NCBI RefSeq assembly: GCF_009914755.1
Contig: NC_060933.1
Length of the DNA: 64,000 nucleotides
Direction: 5' to 3' (one strand)
From: the human T2T-CHM13v2.0 reference genome, Homo sapiens
Below, piece by piece: positions 45,481 through 60,467 of this stretch. The notes under the pieces are model-generated. The model saw nothing but the letters and a program-made list of their open reading frames with translations, had not been told where the DNA came from and did no database searches. A program made the position numbers and the translations under genes. The stretch's first letter is position 1. Each line of letters begins with the position of its first letter.

Positions 45481-46583
45481 TAGCCATAGCAGACATAAAG
45501 CTTACTTTGTACTTCAACTAAACTTTATTATATAAACATTTTCAGGAAATAAAACTTTATTTTATTTAGAATATAAGAATGTTCATAGGTCAGTAAGGAG
45601 AGGGCATTTTGTCCCATTACTCTTCAGCACTCATATTAAGATGATTTTATTCTTCTGAATTTCTAAGAGGAAGTTTTCTCCCTTATTGTAAAAATGCAGA
45701 TTTCCCGAGTGTCCTTGAATGATTTATTCATGGTCTACTTGTGTAGTAGCAAAAGAAAAGAATTATACATTACTTTTTTTTTCATCTTGTGCAAGAGAGG
45801 AGTTTAAAAATATATATTTGATAAGACCTTTAATAAAATTTTTAATGAGTTGTCTTTCCAACTCATAGTCATTACGAAGAGTACTGTCTCTATTATCATG
45901 GCTCAGAAGAGTGTATTTCTTTTCCTAGCTGTCATATGTGTTGTTTCCACATTACTTTTGGTTTTTAAGTTAAATGTTCCTCTTCTGTTAAAGAAAAACC
46001 AAGTTGTACCCATATATAAGTTGGTGCTTAAATTATACCTTGATAAATGTCATAAATATATTAATAACATTTTCTCCAAGATTTAAACATGAGATATCAC
46101 CATACTCTGAGCTGAGTAAAGTTGCTCTATCATTAACTAAGAATTTTTCCCCTTTCTTCCTTCTTTATTACTGCCTTCCCCCACTTCTCCATAAGTTCTA
46201 ATAATAGAATATTTGAAGAATGGATAAATGATGTCATATAATTTTTTATCTACTATCTTTCTCTTATTAAACCTTAAATTCTATAAAGACAGAGGCTATA
46301 CCTTTCTTGTTTATCTTTGTATGCATAATGCCTAAGATTAGTATGTAGTAGGAATTCAGTAAATTAGTTGAATGAATGAATAGTAGGACGTATAATATGA
46401 ATGCTGCTCTTAAAATTTAGCTTTGTTGAAAATCCGTTTCGTGTATATTGAAATATTTATATTATAAAATATGATGAGAAGAAATAACAAGAAAAGAAAA
46501 ATATTTTCAATGTGAATATTTAAAAACTGAATTTGCTACTTGCTTTTTAACACTTAAAGAATAGTGCAATCAACAATCAATTT

Positions 46584-46863
46584 TTTTAGTATATTTTTTA
46601 TTGTACTTTAAGTTCTGGGGTACATGTGCACAATGTGCAGGTTTGTTCCGTGTGTATGCATGTGCCATGTTGGTGTGCTGCACCCATTCACTCGTCATTT
46701 ACATTAGGTATATCTCCTAATGCTATCCCTCCTCCCTCCACCCACCCCACAACAGGCCCCAGTGTGTGATGTTCTCTTTCCTGTGTCAAGTGTTCTCATT
46801 GTTCAATTCCCACCTATGAGTGAGAACATGCAGTGTTTGGTTTTTTGTCCTTGTGATAGTTTG
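46584..46863 (-). mobile_element. 5'-truncated L1PA 3' end (~280 bp)
   Basis: tactttaagttctggggtacatgtgcacaatgtgcagg (L1PA 3'UTR); perfect 16-bp TSD aatcaacaatcaattt at 46568-46583 and 46864-46879. Confidence 0.93.
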
Positions 46864-47453
46864 AATCAACAATCAATTTAGTTTTTGAAATTCAACTTTT
46901 TGGATTAATACTTGGAGCTACGTTTGATCATGTGACCTTTATTAGCTCAACTAACATAATTTATGGCCCAACTAAATTAAAGTAGTTTGAGGGCATAACA
47001 TGGAAATGCTCATATTTTTACCATGAGTATCAGTTTTAAGGGTTTTAATTGAAACATGATGTAGGCTATGTAGATAATAGCATTTTTATTGTTTATTTCA
47101 AATTGTAACTTGAGAATTTTAAGGATTGAAGAATATTTCCAAGTATAACAGAAAATTATATACTCTTGGGTTCAGAAATTATTATTTAAGCAAAATAGTG
47201 CAGTATAAAAGGCCTGACTAGTCAGAAACACAAGGACCACAGTAAGTGTACATAACTCCCCCAAACAATGGTAATGTATACTTCATTTAGTTGTTGGATA
47301 AAAGGTATGTACAAACACTGCCGTTACTTAGGAGACATGAAAACAAAAACAAAAACAAAACTCACTACCATGTGGGTCTTGATAAGGTAGAAAGTAGTCA
47401 TAAATTTAAATTTGATATATTATGAACTTTAATTTGGCCGCTTGTTTAGAAAG

Positions 47454-47554
47454 ACTATTAATACTTGGCCATACAGCAGTATACTTGGAGAATAAAATTC
47501 TATTCAAGAATTTTATTCTCCAAGTATACTGCTGTATGGCCAAGTATTAATAGT
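47454..47554. repeat. Perfect inverted repeat: 48-bp arms, 5-nt loop
   Basis: 47454-47501 is the exact reverse complement of 47507-47554; loop ATTCA. Confidence 0.97.
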
Positions 47555-47634
47555 TTCATAACGTCTTTTCAGCTCTACCTAATTGTAGTATCTCTGTTAC
47601 TATTTGCCTAAGTTTTGTCCCTTTGTGACTTTAA

Positions 47635-47868
<234 letters not shown>

Positions 47869-49553
47869 TGAACTGACAGCTTCACAGATACAAAAAATAA
47901 TAAATTATCTTTCGCTGTTCTTTCTTTAAGTGTGGCCTAAAGTCATGTCTCACTTACGTTTTTGTAACTCTTCAGTCACACTATTATTTTCAAAGTTATA
48001 AAGACTCTATCACTTCTTGATCTTCATAATTTATCTGTTTTAACTTAATGAAAAACACTATGCAAGTAGTTTAAGTTAATATGTACTGTATTTAAATGTC
48101 AGTGTGTTTTTATGACATTTGGTATAGCTACTGGAAATTTAGATTTTGTCAGTGTTTTAGGTTAAGATTTCTACAAACTGTGGAAGTCTTAATAAAAAAG
48201 AGAGAAATTAGTTTTCATTCTCTAAAGGCAGTAAAGTGTTGTTAGAAGTTTTTAAAAAACAAATATCTGTTTGATGTAGCCTGGGAGCTTTTAGTTTGCT
48301 GATTGAAAAAGCTCATGCTTCTATTTATCATCCCATTTGTATTGTTTAATGTGTGGGTTGATAATTTTCTTGGGTATTAAAATGTTTTATGAATTTGTGC
48401 TTTAAGAATTGAAGAGTTTGTCTAGTTACATCTTGTCAAATTAGCATATGAAGTAATTACATTAAATACAATTAGTTAGCAAAGCAACAAACAGATTGTT
48501 AGAGTCAAAGACAAGTCACATAGCATGGAATTTGGAGTTTATCCTTGTGTGTATCTCTTTCTTTCATATAATATAAATGCCATAAAACGGTTACATTTCA
48601 CATTTCATATGCGGCTTATTTTATTTTAGCTTGCTAAGATGAACAAAGAAGGAAAAGTGAGTCTTTTTAATACCCTCGGTAATTGTTCAAAAGGCATAAA
48701 AGAAAATGACCATCGAAATAATTAAATTTCTATGAGGAACAAATATTACGAAGTCTTTCCCAGTGAGACAAGACAACCTGTATTGTTAGTAGTTTATGAA
48801 ACTCTTCTGAGGCCTAGGTCTGGAAGCTGCAGGGTAACTAGGAACATATTACCCACAGCGAATTGTTATTTGGGAGGATGAATGTCACATGATCCTCAGC
48901 ACAGTTGAAAAGTCGACTCAGCAGGCTTTGGCTTAGTAATGCGCTTTGTTGTGAACCAGTGCCAGAGACAGCAGTGGGGAGACCAAGGGGGTGGCTGCAA
49001 AGAAAGCAAAAAGAGCAGTCTGACAGAAAGAAGAATGAACTGTCAAAGAAAATAAATCACAAGCGGTGCAGGACCAACTGATGACCTGCCACAAGCCTTC
49101 CCAGTAGGACTGCATGTGACCGACCCTGAAGTTGTCATATGGAGTGAGAGACCAGTGAATATCCTCATGATGTATAGAAAGAACAGTCTTCTGCTCTGTT
49201 CTTTTTTATTTACTTATAGATGCCCCTGCTTCTGACATTTTGGTCCAGTAGGATTTTAAGAATAAAGTTGTATTTGTTTACAATAAGAATGAAATCCTTT
49301 ATCTGGACGTGTGGTAAAAATATAGTAACATAAGTGATATTTTAAGCTTGAATGCTTTCTTTTCTTTTTAGCCACATGAACTTGTGACAGAAGCTATATA
49401 GCATTTAACCAAAAGAAATAATTTTTTAAAGACTCTTAATTACTATTGAAAAATTTGTATTTAAGTAATTGCATAAAAAGCACTTAAAGATTAACTTTTG
49501 AGTTACCCATCCTTGAAAAATGTAAAAAAGTTACTTATATTTTCTTTCATCAG

Positions 49554-49643
49554 CTAAACAGCATGAATGATGTTAAGGAAAAGGCATGTAATGAACTTGA
49601 TTCTACGAAACAGAAGATAGACTCTCACACTAAAAATATAAAG
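49554..49643 (+). CDS. CCDC171: Internal coding exon (90 nt, phase 0-0); possible in-frame alternative acceptor at 49578
   Basis: Acceptor ttttctttcatcAG, donor AAG|GTATTA; LNSMNDVKEKACNELDSTKQKIDSHTKNIK. Confidence 0.85.
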
Positions 49644-50669
49644 GTATTATTTAGAATAACTTTTACCTTTTGTATTAAGAAACAAATATAGTTATCTAGG
49701 GAATATTTTAAAGTAGAGATATTGAGGTACCTGAAAATATGTATTTCTATTTTTTAAAGTATGTATGGGTAGAATTTTAATTTTTTCTTGTTGATTAAGA
49801 GTAACAAGAATGTTTTTTTCATTTAAAAAATTAAAACCTGATTGGAAATTATTTTGGTTAAAGGAAAATTTATTTCCCAGATTTAATTATAATACCTTAT
49901 GAGATTCAAATAATTATTTAAGATGAAATGTCCAGCCTTAGGTACGTACTAAACATATTTTACATAAGCACATCATATTTGGAGTCAGTTTTCATCATTT
50001 TAAGGTGGAGCCATTGTTTTCAGTACATCATGTCTGTTAATGGGCTGAGACCACACCTGGCTAAGGCCCAGGACTATAGTTTATTTTAGTTTCTGTGCTG
50101 GTTTTATGTACTACATCTTTGCAAAATTATGCTGAGTCAACTCTCAGAAGTTTCCCAGTATTGCTGGAATTTCATTATGTTGTTTCATGTTGGGTTTGTC
50201 CTGGACACACTTCAAAAGAATTTGTTAGGTTTAAGGAATAAACAGTTCAGCAGAATTTTGTGCCACATATTTGAGATTTCTATAAGTGGTTGGGATGTCA
50301 TTGGAAAGTAAATGTTCTTATGTTAAATGTAAGATATTTATTTTAAAATATTTTAAAATTTTTGAACTACAACGTTGTTTTAAAAAAATAGGTTGAAAGG
50401 AAACTCCCTTGGAAGAACTTTTTGGAATAAGCCATCATATTAACATTTTATGTAAATGTTTAAACATAACAAATGTTCTAATTTTTGAGCTGAGATATTA
50501 TATTTAGAAAATACATTCAGTAAAATATTTTAATGTAAACAAATGCTTGCCTGCCTTTGTGATTCTTTCATTTTAAAGCTTTGAAAATGTTCAATATGTG
50601 TTTTATACTAGTGTCCCCTCACCCCTTGTTGGCTGGCCTTTCTACAATCTCTTTATTTGGTATCTATGA

Positions 50670-50891
<222 letters not shown>

Positions 50892-51260
50892 TGACTGTCA
50901 GGAAGGGCCTTTCACTAATCTCAGTGTTATACATCAAGTGACTATTTTTACTTGTATTTAATTAAGAAAATTGTTCTGAGCAGAGTATTTTGAAATGTTT
51001 GTGACAGCTACAAAATCACTCCATTACTCTTGTGTCATTCTCTTTTGTGAGAGAAGTACTATAACTTGCACAACTAATTTTTTTTGTTTATCATGTGTAC
51101 AACTATCTTTTTGGACTTTTAGAATATTGTAACTCAAGTAACTATGCTCCTAACAGTCCTTTCAAGGTTCCTGTTTGCCAATGACAAAATTATTTTTATT
51201 TCAGTAGCTTGGTAGATTGATGGTGGAAAGAATAAATATTTTATAATCAGATAGACCTGA

Positions 51261-51646
<386 letters not shown>

Positions 51647-53684
51647 TAGTTTCCTTATTTGTAAAACAGTAATAATATCTACTTTAAGAGATAGCCTCCT
51701 AACTCTGTATAATTATAGGATGTTAATAAAAATTTAGAAAAATAAGAGTCCCATAAAATTAAAACTTTTCATTTAGAAACCCTGGAGAGTTGCCTACCCA
51801 TTTATGTTTATTAATGACTTATAAAAATATTATGACACAAATTTCATATTTTGTTTAAGCCTCTGTGAATGGAATTATCTTCTAGTTCTTTTTACCCTAT
51901 GGGTTATAGAGCTAGTCTAGCTAGTGGAACTGGTTTATCTAAGTCATCCTGCATACTGAGTTCATTACTCCAACAAATATGAACATGAATGCCAAGAGAG
52001 TAAAAAGGAAACATTCTTTCCACTCTTTTTACAGTCTGGGATTTAAATTGTGTCCACATGAAGGGGTTGGAATTGCTCTACACATCAGATAATGATTAAA
52101 GTAAAGGAAACTAGAAGCCTGACTATATTGTAAAGTCAGCATGTCTACAGCGCTGTGGTTGGGTTCAACATGTGTGAATTGATTTTGGATTTTGGAGTCT
52201 CTTTTCATGCCAAATGGATGATTATCATGCTTGGTTTATCACAGCCCAAGCAAAAAGGACATAATAGCGACACAATGAATTATCCTTGAGGATGAACTTC
52301 CTTGAGAACAAACGTGATCAGTAGGCAAAACACAGGAGGAAGATTTTTATGTATTTGTTAAGTTATATTTAATAAGACTTTAAAACATTTTGACCTAGTT
52401 AAATAATGCAAAAGTCATCATTAACTGCTTATGAAAAGGTATAGCATATTTGTGAAAAAAATCTGATTTCTTAAATTTGTTGTTGTAACTACATTTTCAA
52501 ATTTTTTGATTTTTAAATTATTACATTTGGAAAAAAGGTGGCATACATAGTGAACTAAAGATTTATATTTTGATATTTGTAAGAAAATGTTCTCTATAAT
52601 TTCTAATTATAAAACTTTTACATATGCTATATTCAGTTTTTTAAAAATCTATAATAGACTTTCTAAATTTTTCTTTTTAAGTTTGTCTCTTTTAAAAGTT
52701 TTCTTCCTGCTGATCTATTAAAAAATCTTGAGGGAACTTATTTTATCTAGATAAAATAAAAATATTCATTTTGCAGCTTTACAATTACCTTGTCTTAGAG
52801 TTCCATGCTTTGGGACTTTACAGATGAAACACCTTATAAAGAGAGCTATTTGACATTATAGTAAGTAAACCCTCCTCATGTGTTCAAATGTGATCTGCTT
52901 TATATGAATTCTGCAGCATAGTAAGTGTTTCTAAGTCATTCAGCAATGGATAGTTTAATTACTGAAGTGGTAATATAATTTTAAAGGACTTTTAAAAACA
53001 TATTTCTAATTGGACATTTTCGAAAGTATGTAATGAGCAGCTATATCCATTTTTTTTTGCTGTTACTTTATAATATTTAAACACCTACAAATGCCCAGTG
53101 TGCCAAATACTATATGAACTTATAAGTGGGGAAAACAAATGAGCCCATCTTCCATATCTTTCATATCACTATCTGCTTTGCCTAAGGGGCTTGGGATAGA
53201 TTTCCTATAAGTAGTAAGTAAACTGGATTCTCTGGAGGAAGAAGAAAGCTGAGTAATTGTGTCCATGTAAAGTACAGATATTGGTATAACTTTTTTTCAT
53301 CAGAGTTGAATAACACTTTTTTTCTGTATTGTTTTTTGACAAGTAGTATCTATTTTGGCAAATGTAACTATTAAATTATAGAATTACTGTACTGAGTTAC
53401 AGTTAGATAGGCTTATAAACAATGAGTCCAATCCATATGCTTCGTGTGATAGCTAAGGAAACTTAAGCCTGAGCAGGTGTTTACTCAAATCACAACCTCC
53501 ATCAGTAGCAGAGGTGGAGATGAATCTTGGTCTTCTGGCTTCCAGACTTCAGATTTCGATTTTGAATACCAAGTGTAAGCAATTCCAAATGTTTTATCTG
53601 GTGCTTAGTTTTGATTATAAAAAAAGTCATTAAAATATTCTGAGACTTGAGTATTGTAATTCCTTTTCAGGTTTTTTAAATTAA

Positions 53685-54062
<378 letters not shown>

Positions 54063-55506
54063 TAATTATGGCTTGTCTACAACTCAGTTTGATGCCATTG
54101 CTGTGGGCATGTAAATGTGACTGAAGTCTGTATGAAGTCTCTAAGCTCCACTTTCTGTGCAGGACATGCTAATACTACTAGCCAGTATTAGCCACAGGGA
54201 CCTAATTAAAAGAAAATAAATTAATCTTACTGATGAAGCAATTCAAAGACCTTAGTCATTTACATTAATAAACCAACTCTTTATGTTAGCATAAAATAGA
54301 AGCAGGATATAGTTATTCAAAAACATGATCTTAAAATTCTTTGCTTAGGAAATATAAGGTGTTATTTTTAAAAGCTTAAACATTTTAAATTATATGCTTA
54401 TGATTTGCTTCTCGAAATACAACAAAATGTATATTAGAAAACTCACTCCATGCTTTAGACTGCAAAAAGTGTATTTTATAGGAGAATATAGTAGACCTTT
54501 ATGGTAACATTACTATCTCACAAGTCTAGGAAATCAGTCTCCAACAAATGTTTAAAAACCTGCTTTTGGTCATAGAAAATTACAGTGGCTTAGCAGATCA
54601 ACATATGCCACCATTAAAGACACATTGGTTCTTATCCTGGGTCTATTGAACTAGTCAGTACTGTGTTTATGTGGTTTAGTTTCCAGGTCTTAGTTGCAAT
54701 GACATGTGCTCTTAAGGGACAAGAAGAGAAAAACTGTCCCGTAAGTTAAAAAAAAAAATTCTGTTGAAGTAATAAAACAGCATATTGACCTAATTTCAGG
54801 GTGATATTTTTTATTATTGAGCATTTTATCTTGGTCCTATTGACAAACACAACCATAGACACTGAGAAGTAGGGCTAGGAAATGAGGGAATAAATTGTGA
54901 AAGGCACAGATGCTATTCTTGATTGTGAATGTGTACATAATGGATTTGAAAATTAAAGATAATTAAAATGAATGTGTTTTAACCCTATGAGATGGTATTA
55001 TATTTTCAATAGTTTTCATTGTTTCAAAACATCCTTAATAGTCATACATTTTAGAAAATGAGGATTTTCTTTCCAGAGTTTGAATGTGAAACAAAAAATG
55101 GTTAGAACATTCTGCTTTATTTCATGTAAACTGTTTGCAGATTTTTAAATCTTACTTACTTTTTTTCCCATTGAGATATTTGAATAGCTTGAGCTTTGGT
55201 TCCAGAAGTAACAGTATCTTTCTCAATCTCAATCAAATTAATTATAGAATAAGTAACTTCATTAGAAAGAGAAGATGAAAAATTTGCCATCTAAATATAC
55301 AAGTAACACAATTTTCTGCTAACGTGTGGCAGTTTACACTGCTATTTTCTTTTTTTAAATTTCTTTATTTACATTTTATGTTAAAATTTTTATATGATCT
55401 TAAGGAATAAAATATAGTAGGACATTTTGGGTATTTTATTGGGGGAGATGACACAAAGAAATAGCTTGTGAGCATATTTCCTTCTCTGTTGCATCTCCCC
55501 GTATAG

Positions 55507-55719
<213 letters not shown>

Positions 55720-56754
55720 TAAAAAATGGGTTACTCAGTGTAACCATTAGAAACTTTTTTTTTTTCAGTAGCAGTGCTAAATCAGTTTAAACTTCTTAAG
55801 AACTTCGTAGAACTTGTTTAGATACACATATATTTGTTTAGATACACACACATACGTGTGTGTGTATGGGTGTGTATATTAAGGATTGTCTTTCATGTAA
55901 GTTTGGAAATATATGGGTTTCTGATTAAAATATCCCAAAATGCATTGATCAGTTAATTAAATGCGAAAATTATATTTCCTTTATTTATTTTTAAAATAAA
56001 ATATTAAAGTATTTGGTAATGTATTGTCAGTTTTAGTGTAGGTATTCCTTTATCTGGTTTACTCCATTTGTGGAGGTTCCTATGTGAACCATCATTTAAA
56101 TTTATTTGGGGTTAAAATCTCCTATGCCTGCTGATATTATATAAGGTTATATTATATAACTGATATTATATAAGGTTATAGTTGTAGGCCATGTAGCAAA
56201 AGTAATTCACTATGAGTTGTATTATGTATTATATCTTGATTGAGAGTAGAAGTTATGGGTTAACATAACCATGTATTTTTTCTACACAAATTATCATCAA
56301 CATTATTTATATTGTTAACTATCATCTTCACCTAATCAGGAATAACTTGATGATAGGGTATACTTTTTTGGCATTGAATTTATTAATAGGTCACTTTTGT
56401 TCCTAAGTTAGGATACTTAGGAACCAGAAGGTTGTATATTCTTCCCATGGTTGATTTGGTATTTAGCCTCTTTATTTGATCCATTCATGCTTATATTGGC
56501 AAGTCTAATTAAAAATAACCAAACTATATAAATATATATACACACACATACATAAATAAAATTATTATTATTATATTAAATCAGGTCATTCTGTATCCCC
56601 AAATTTAAAGGTCCTATATGAACTTATGCCTTTCTATATGAATTTGAATGAATCAACAAACGTGCCATCTAAAAGTAGTAATTTTTTCATTGTATGCAGA
56701 TTACTATATTATATGCTCTGCATTTTCTAATATTGAAGTAAAAGAGCTAAACAA

Positions 56755-59640
56755 TTTTAATTTTGTAGAGGTAGCATTGATATACAGTGACATGCACAAA
56801 TCTTAAGTGTATAATTTGATGTTTTTAAAAAGTATTTATTTGATATGTAATATTTGTACATATTTATGGGGTACATGTGATATTTTGATATATGCATAGA
56901 ATGTGTAATGCTCAAGCCAGAGTAAGATATCTATCACCTTGAGCATTTATCATTTCTTTGTGTTGGGAACATTTCAAATCTTCTCTTCTTGCTATTGTGA
57001 AATACACAATATATTGTTGTTAATAAAGTCACCTTACTGTGCTTTTGAACACTAGACCTTATTCCTTCTATCTAACTGTATTATTGTACCCTTTAACCTA
57101 CCTCTCTCCATCCCTTTCCTCCCCCAACACACCCTTCCTAGACTGTGGTAACTACAATTTGATGTTTTGATCAACATAAACACCCATGTGATCATTACCC
57201 CATTTAAGACTTCAAACATTTTCATTACCCTAGAGTGTTCTCATGTTCTCTCTTCCAGTCAGTTTTACGCCTCATAGGCAACCATTGTTCTGATGCCTGT
57301 CATGTAGATTAGTTTTCACCTGTTCTTGAATTTCATGTAAGTGGAATCATTCAATAGTCTGGTGATTGACTAATTTCACTCAATATTAATGTTCCGAGCA
57401 TAATGTCATTTACGTTGTTGTGTGAATCAGTACTTCATTCTTCTTTATGGTCACTAGCGTTCCATTTTATCACAGCACCACTATTTGATGGATTGTGGGT
57501 TGATGGATATTTGAGTTGTTTCTGTTTTTTAAATATTGTAAGTAAAATTGCCACAAACATTATTGTACAAGTCTTTTGTCAACATATGGTTTTATTTCTC
57601 TCGCTTAATTACTAAAGTGCAGTTGCCAGGTCATGGGATATATGTGTGTTCATAAGAAACTGTCAAAAGTTTCTAAAAAATGCTTGTGTCATTTTTTATT
57701 CCCACCAGCAACACATGTAAGTTTCCATTGTTCTACATCCTCTGCAGCACTTGGTATTGTCAGTCTTTTAAATTTTAGTCATTATAGTGGTTTTAAAATG
57801 GAGTTTCATTGTGATTTAAAGTTGCATTTTTTTGGTAATTCATGATGCTGAGCACCTTTCATATACTTATTGGCTATTCACATATCTTCATTTGTAAAGT
57901 ATCTCTTCTACTGTTTTCTCATTTAAAAAATAGAGATATTTGGTTTTTATTATTGATTTCTAAGAGTTCTTTATATATCCTGGATACATATCCTTTGTCA
58001 TGTATATGCATCACAATATTTTCTCTGAATCTCTTGCTTGCCTTTTCAGTGTTTCTTTTGATGATCATAAGTTTTAAAATTTTGATGAAGTCCAACTTAC
58101 AAATCTTTTTCTCTTTTGGCTATTTGTTTATATATGTGAAATGATTTTTCCTTACTTCAAGGTTGGGAAGATAATGTCTTGTTTCTTCTAGAAGTTTCAT
58201 AGTTTTAGCTTTTACGTCTAAGTTTGTGATCCCTCTCAAATTAATTTTTGTGTGTGCTGTTAGGAAGAGTTTCATTTTTTCCCTCTTCATTTATTGTTCC
58301 CACTTCACTTGTTCAGCAATTTCCTAGCTGAATAGCCTTGGTACCTTTGTGAAAAAACAGTTGGCCATATTTAGAAACCACAGACTTGTCCATCTATATA
58401 GTTTTGCCCTCTCCAGAATGTCATATAAATGGACTCATACAGTATATAGCCTTTTGGGTCTGGTTACTTTCACTTAGCAAAATATATTTGAGATTCAGTC
58501 ACATTGTTGCATATATCAGTAGTTAATTCCTTTTTACTGCTGAATAATGTCCCATTGTATGGCTGTAAAATTTTATCCAAATACTTGCTGATGGGCCTTT
58601 GGATTGCTTTTAGTTTTGGCAATTATGAGTAGAGATGCTTTAAACATCCATGGAAAGGTTTTTGTGTGATCATAAATTTTCATTTCTCTTGGGTAAATAC
58701 CTAGGAGTTTGATTTCTAGATTATATGGTAAGTGTATATTTATATGGTTATATGGTAAGTGTAACTTAAGCAACTATTAAGTTGTTTTTCCAAGTGACTA
58801 TATCATTTTGCACTCTCACTAGCAATGTAAGAGATTTTGATTTGGTCTGCACCTGTGCCAACATATGACTTCATCATTTTTTTCTTTTGAATTTTAGCCA
58901 TTATAATAGGTGTGTAATGCCATGTCATTGTGATTTCGATTTACATTTTCCCTACTGCCTAATAAATTAATCATTTATTTATGTGTTTATTTGCTATCTG
59001 TATATCTTTTTTGGTGAGTTATCTGTTCAGATATTTTGCTCAGTTTTTAATTGGATTGTGTGTTTTCTTATCGTCAAATTTTGAGAGTTATTTACATACC
59101 GGAGGTTCAGGTCATTTTTCAGATACATGATTTGTAAATGTTTTCTACTATTCTCTTAGCAGTACTTTTGCAAAGCAAATGTTTCAAATTTTTATGACCC
59201 ATTTATCAATTTTTTTATGGGTTATACTTTTGATATTACATGTAAGAACTCTTTGCCTAAGATTATAGGCACCATTTTTTTCCCTATATGTTTTATAGTT
59301 TTAGGTTTTACATCTAGGTCTATGATCAATTTTGAGTTAGTTTCTGTAAAGGTGTGAGGTATCGATTAAGGTCAGTTTTTTTTTTTTTTTTGCGTATTCA
59401 TGTCCATTCCAGTAACATTTATTGAAATCACTGTCCTTTATTGAATTGCCCTTGTACCTTTATCAAAAATCAGTTCACTGTTTGTGTCAATCTATCTCTA
59501 GACTTTCTTGTCTGTTCCATTTATTTATGTGTCTAATTCTTTTTTTCTTTCAATACTATACTGATTTAACCTTTTACTAAGTTTAAAATCAGGTAGTGTG
59601 AGTCTTCCAACTTCTTTTTTCATCAATGTCCTGAACTCTT
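56755..59640 (-). mobile_element. Block of nested old L1M fragments (3'UTR and ORF2 end)
   Basis: L1 reverse-complement wording; peptides LPYNLEIKLLGIYPREMK and GRLTLPDFKL. Confidence 0.8.
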
Positions 59641-59670
59641 TGAAATCTACCAGAAGGCATAGCAATTCAC

Positions 59671-59970
59671 TTTTTTCTCTTTTTGAGACACTTTCGCCCT
59701 GTTGCCCTGGCTTGAGTATGGTGGCACAGTCACGGCTCACTGCAGCCTTAACCTCCTGTGCTCAAGTGGTCCCCCACCTCAGCCTCCCAAGTAGCTGGGA
59801 CTGTAGGCATGCACTACCATGCCTAACTAATTTTATTTTTAAAATTTTTTTGTAGAGATGAGGTCTCACTATGTTGCCCAGGCTGGTCTCCAACTCCTGG
59901 CCTCAAGTGATCCTCTTTCCTTGGTCTCCCTAAGTGTTGTGATTACAAGCGTGAGCCACTGTACCCAGCT
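59671..59970 (-). mobile_element. Alu (AluJ-like)
   Basis: Alu reverse complement. Confidence 0.88.
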
Positions 59971-60147
59971 GCAGTTCATTTTTTGAAGTAAGAGAATCAG
60001 TCATCACAAATGCTAATGTTTTAGGAGAAGCTCTCATTGAAGACTTTTCTCTGAAGAATGTGTAATACCTTAGTCTTTGACCCATCTGTATACAAATGGA
60101 AATGATCATTTTAATTATCTGTAAAAGTACATTACTATTATAAATTG

Positions 60148-60467
60148 GAGGCTGAGTGTGGTGGCTCATGCCTGTAATCCCAGCACTTTGGGAGGCCGAG
60201 GCAAGTGGATCACCTTGAGGTCAGAAGTTTGAGACCAACCTGACCAACATGGAGAAACCCCGTTTCTACTAAAAGTACAAAAAATTAGCCAGGCGTGGTG
60301 GCGCATGCCTGTAATCCCAGCTACTTGGGAGGCTGAGGCAGGAGAATCACTTGAACCCAGGAGGCAGAGGTTGCGATAAGCCGAGATTGCGCCATTTCAC
60401 TCCAGCCTGGGTGAAACTCCAACAAGAGCGAAACTCCATTTAAAAATAAATAAATAAATAAATAAAT
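60148..60467 (+). mobile_element. Alu (AluSp-like) with (TAAA)n tail
   Basis: ctgaccaacatggagaaacccc and aacaagagcgaaactcc diagnostics. Confidence 0.9.

Noticed and set aside
56131-56180. 21-bp near-tandem duplication ctgatattatataaggttata
   Set aside because: Ordinary slippage in AT-rich intron; similar small duplications occur at ~46-66 and ~58720-58765.
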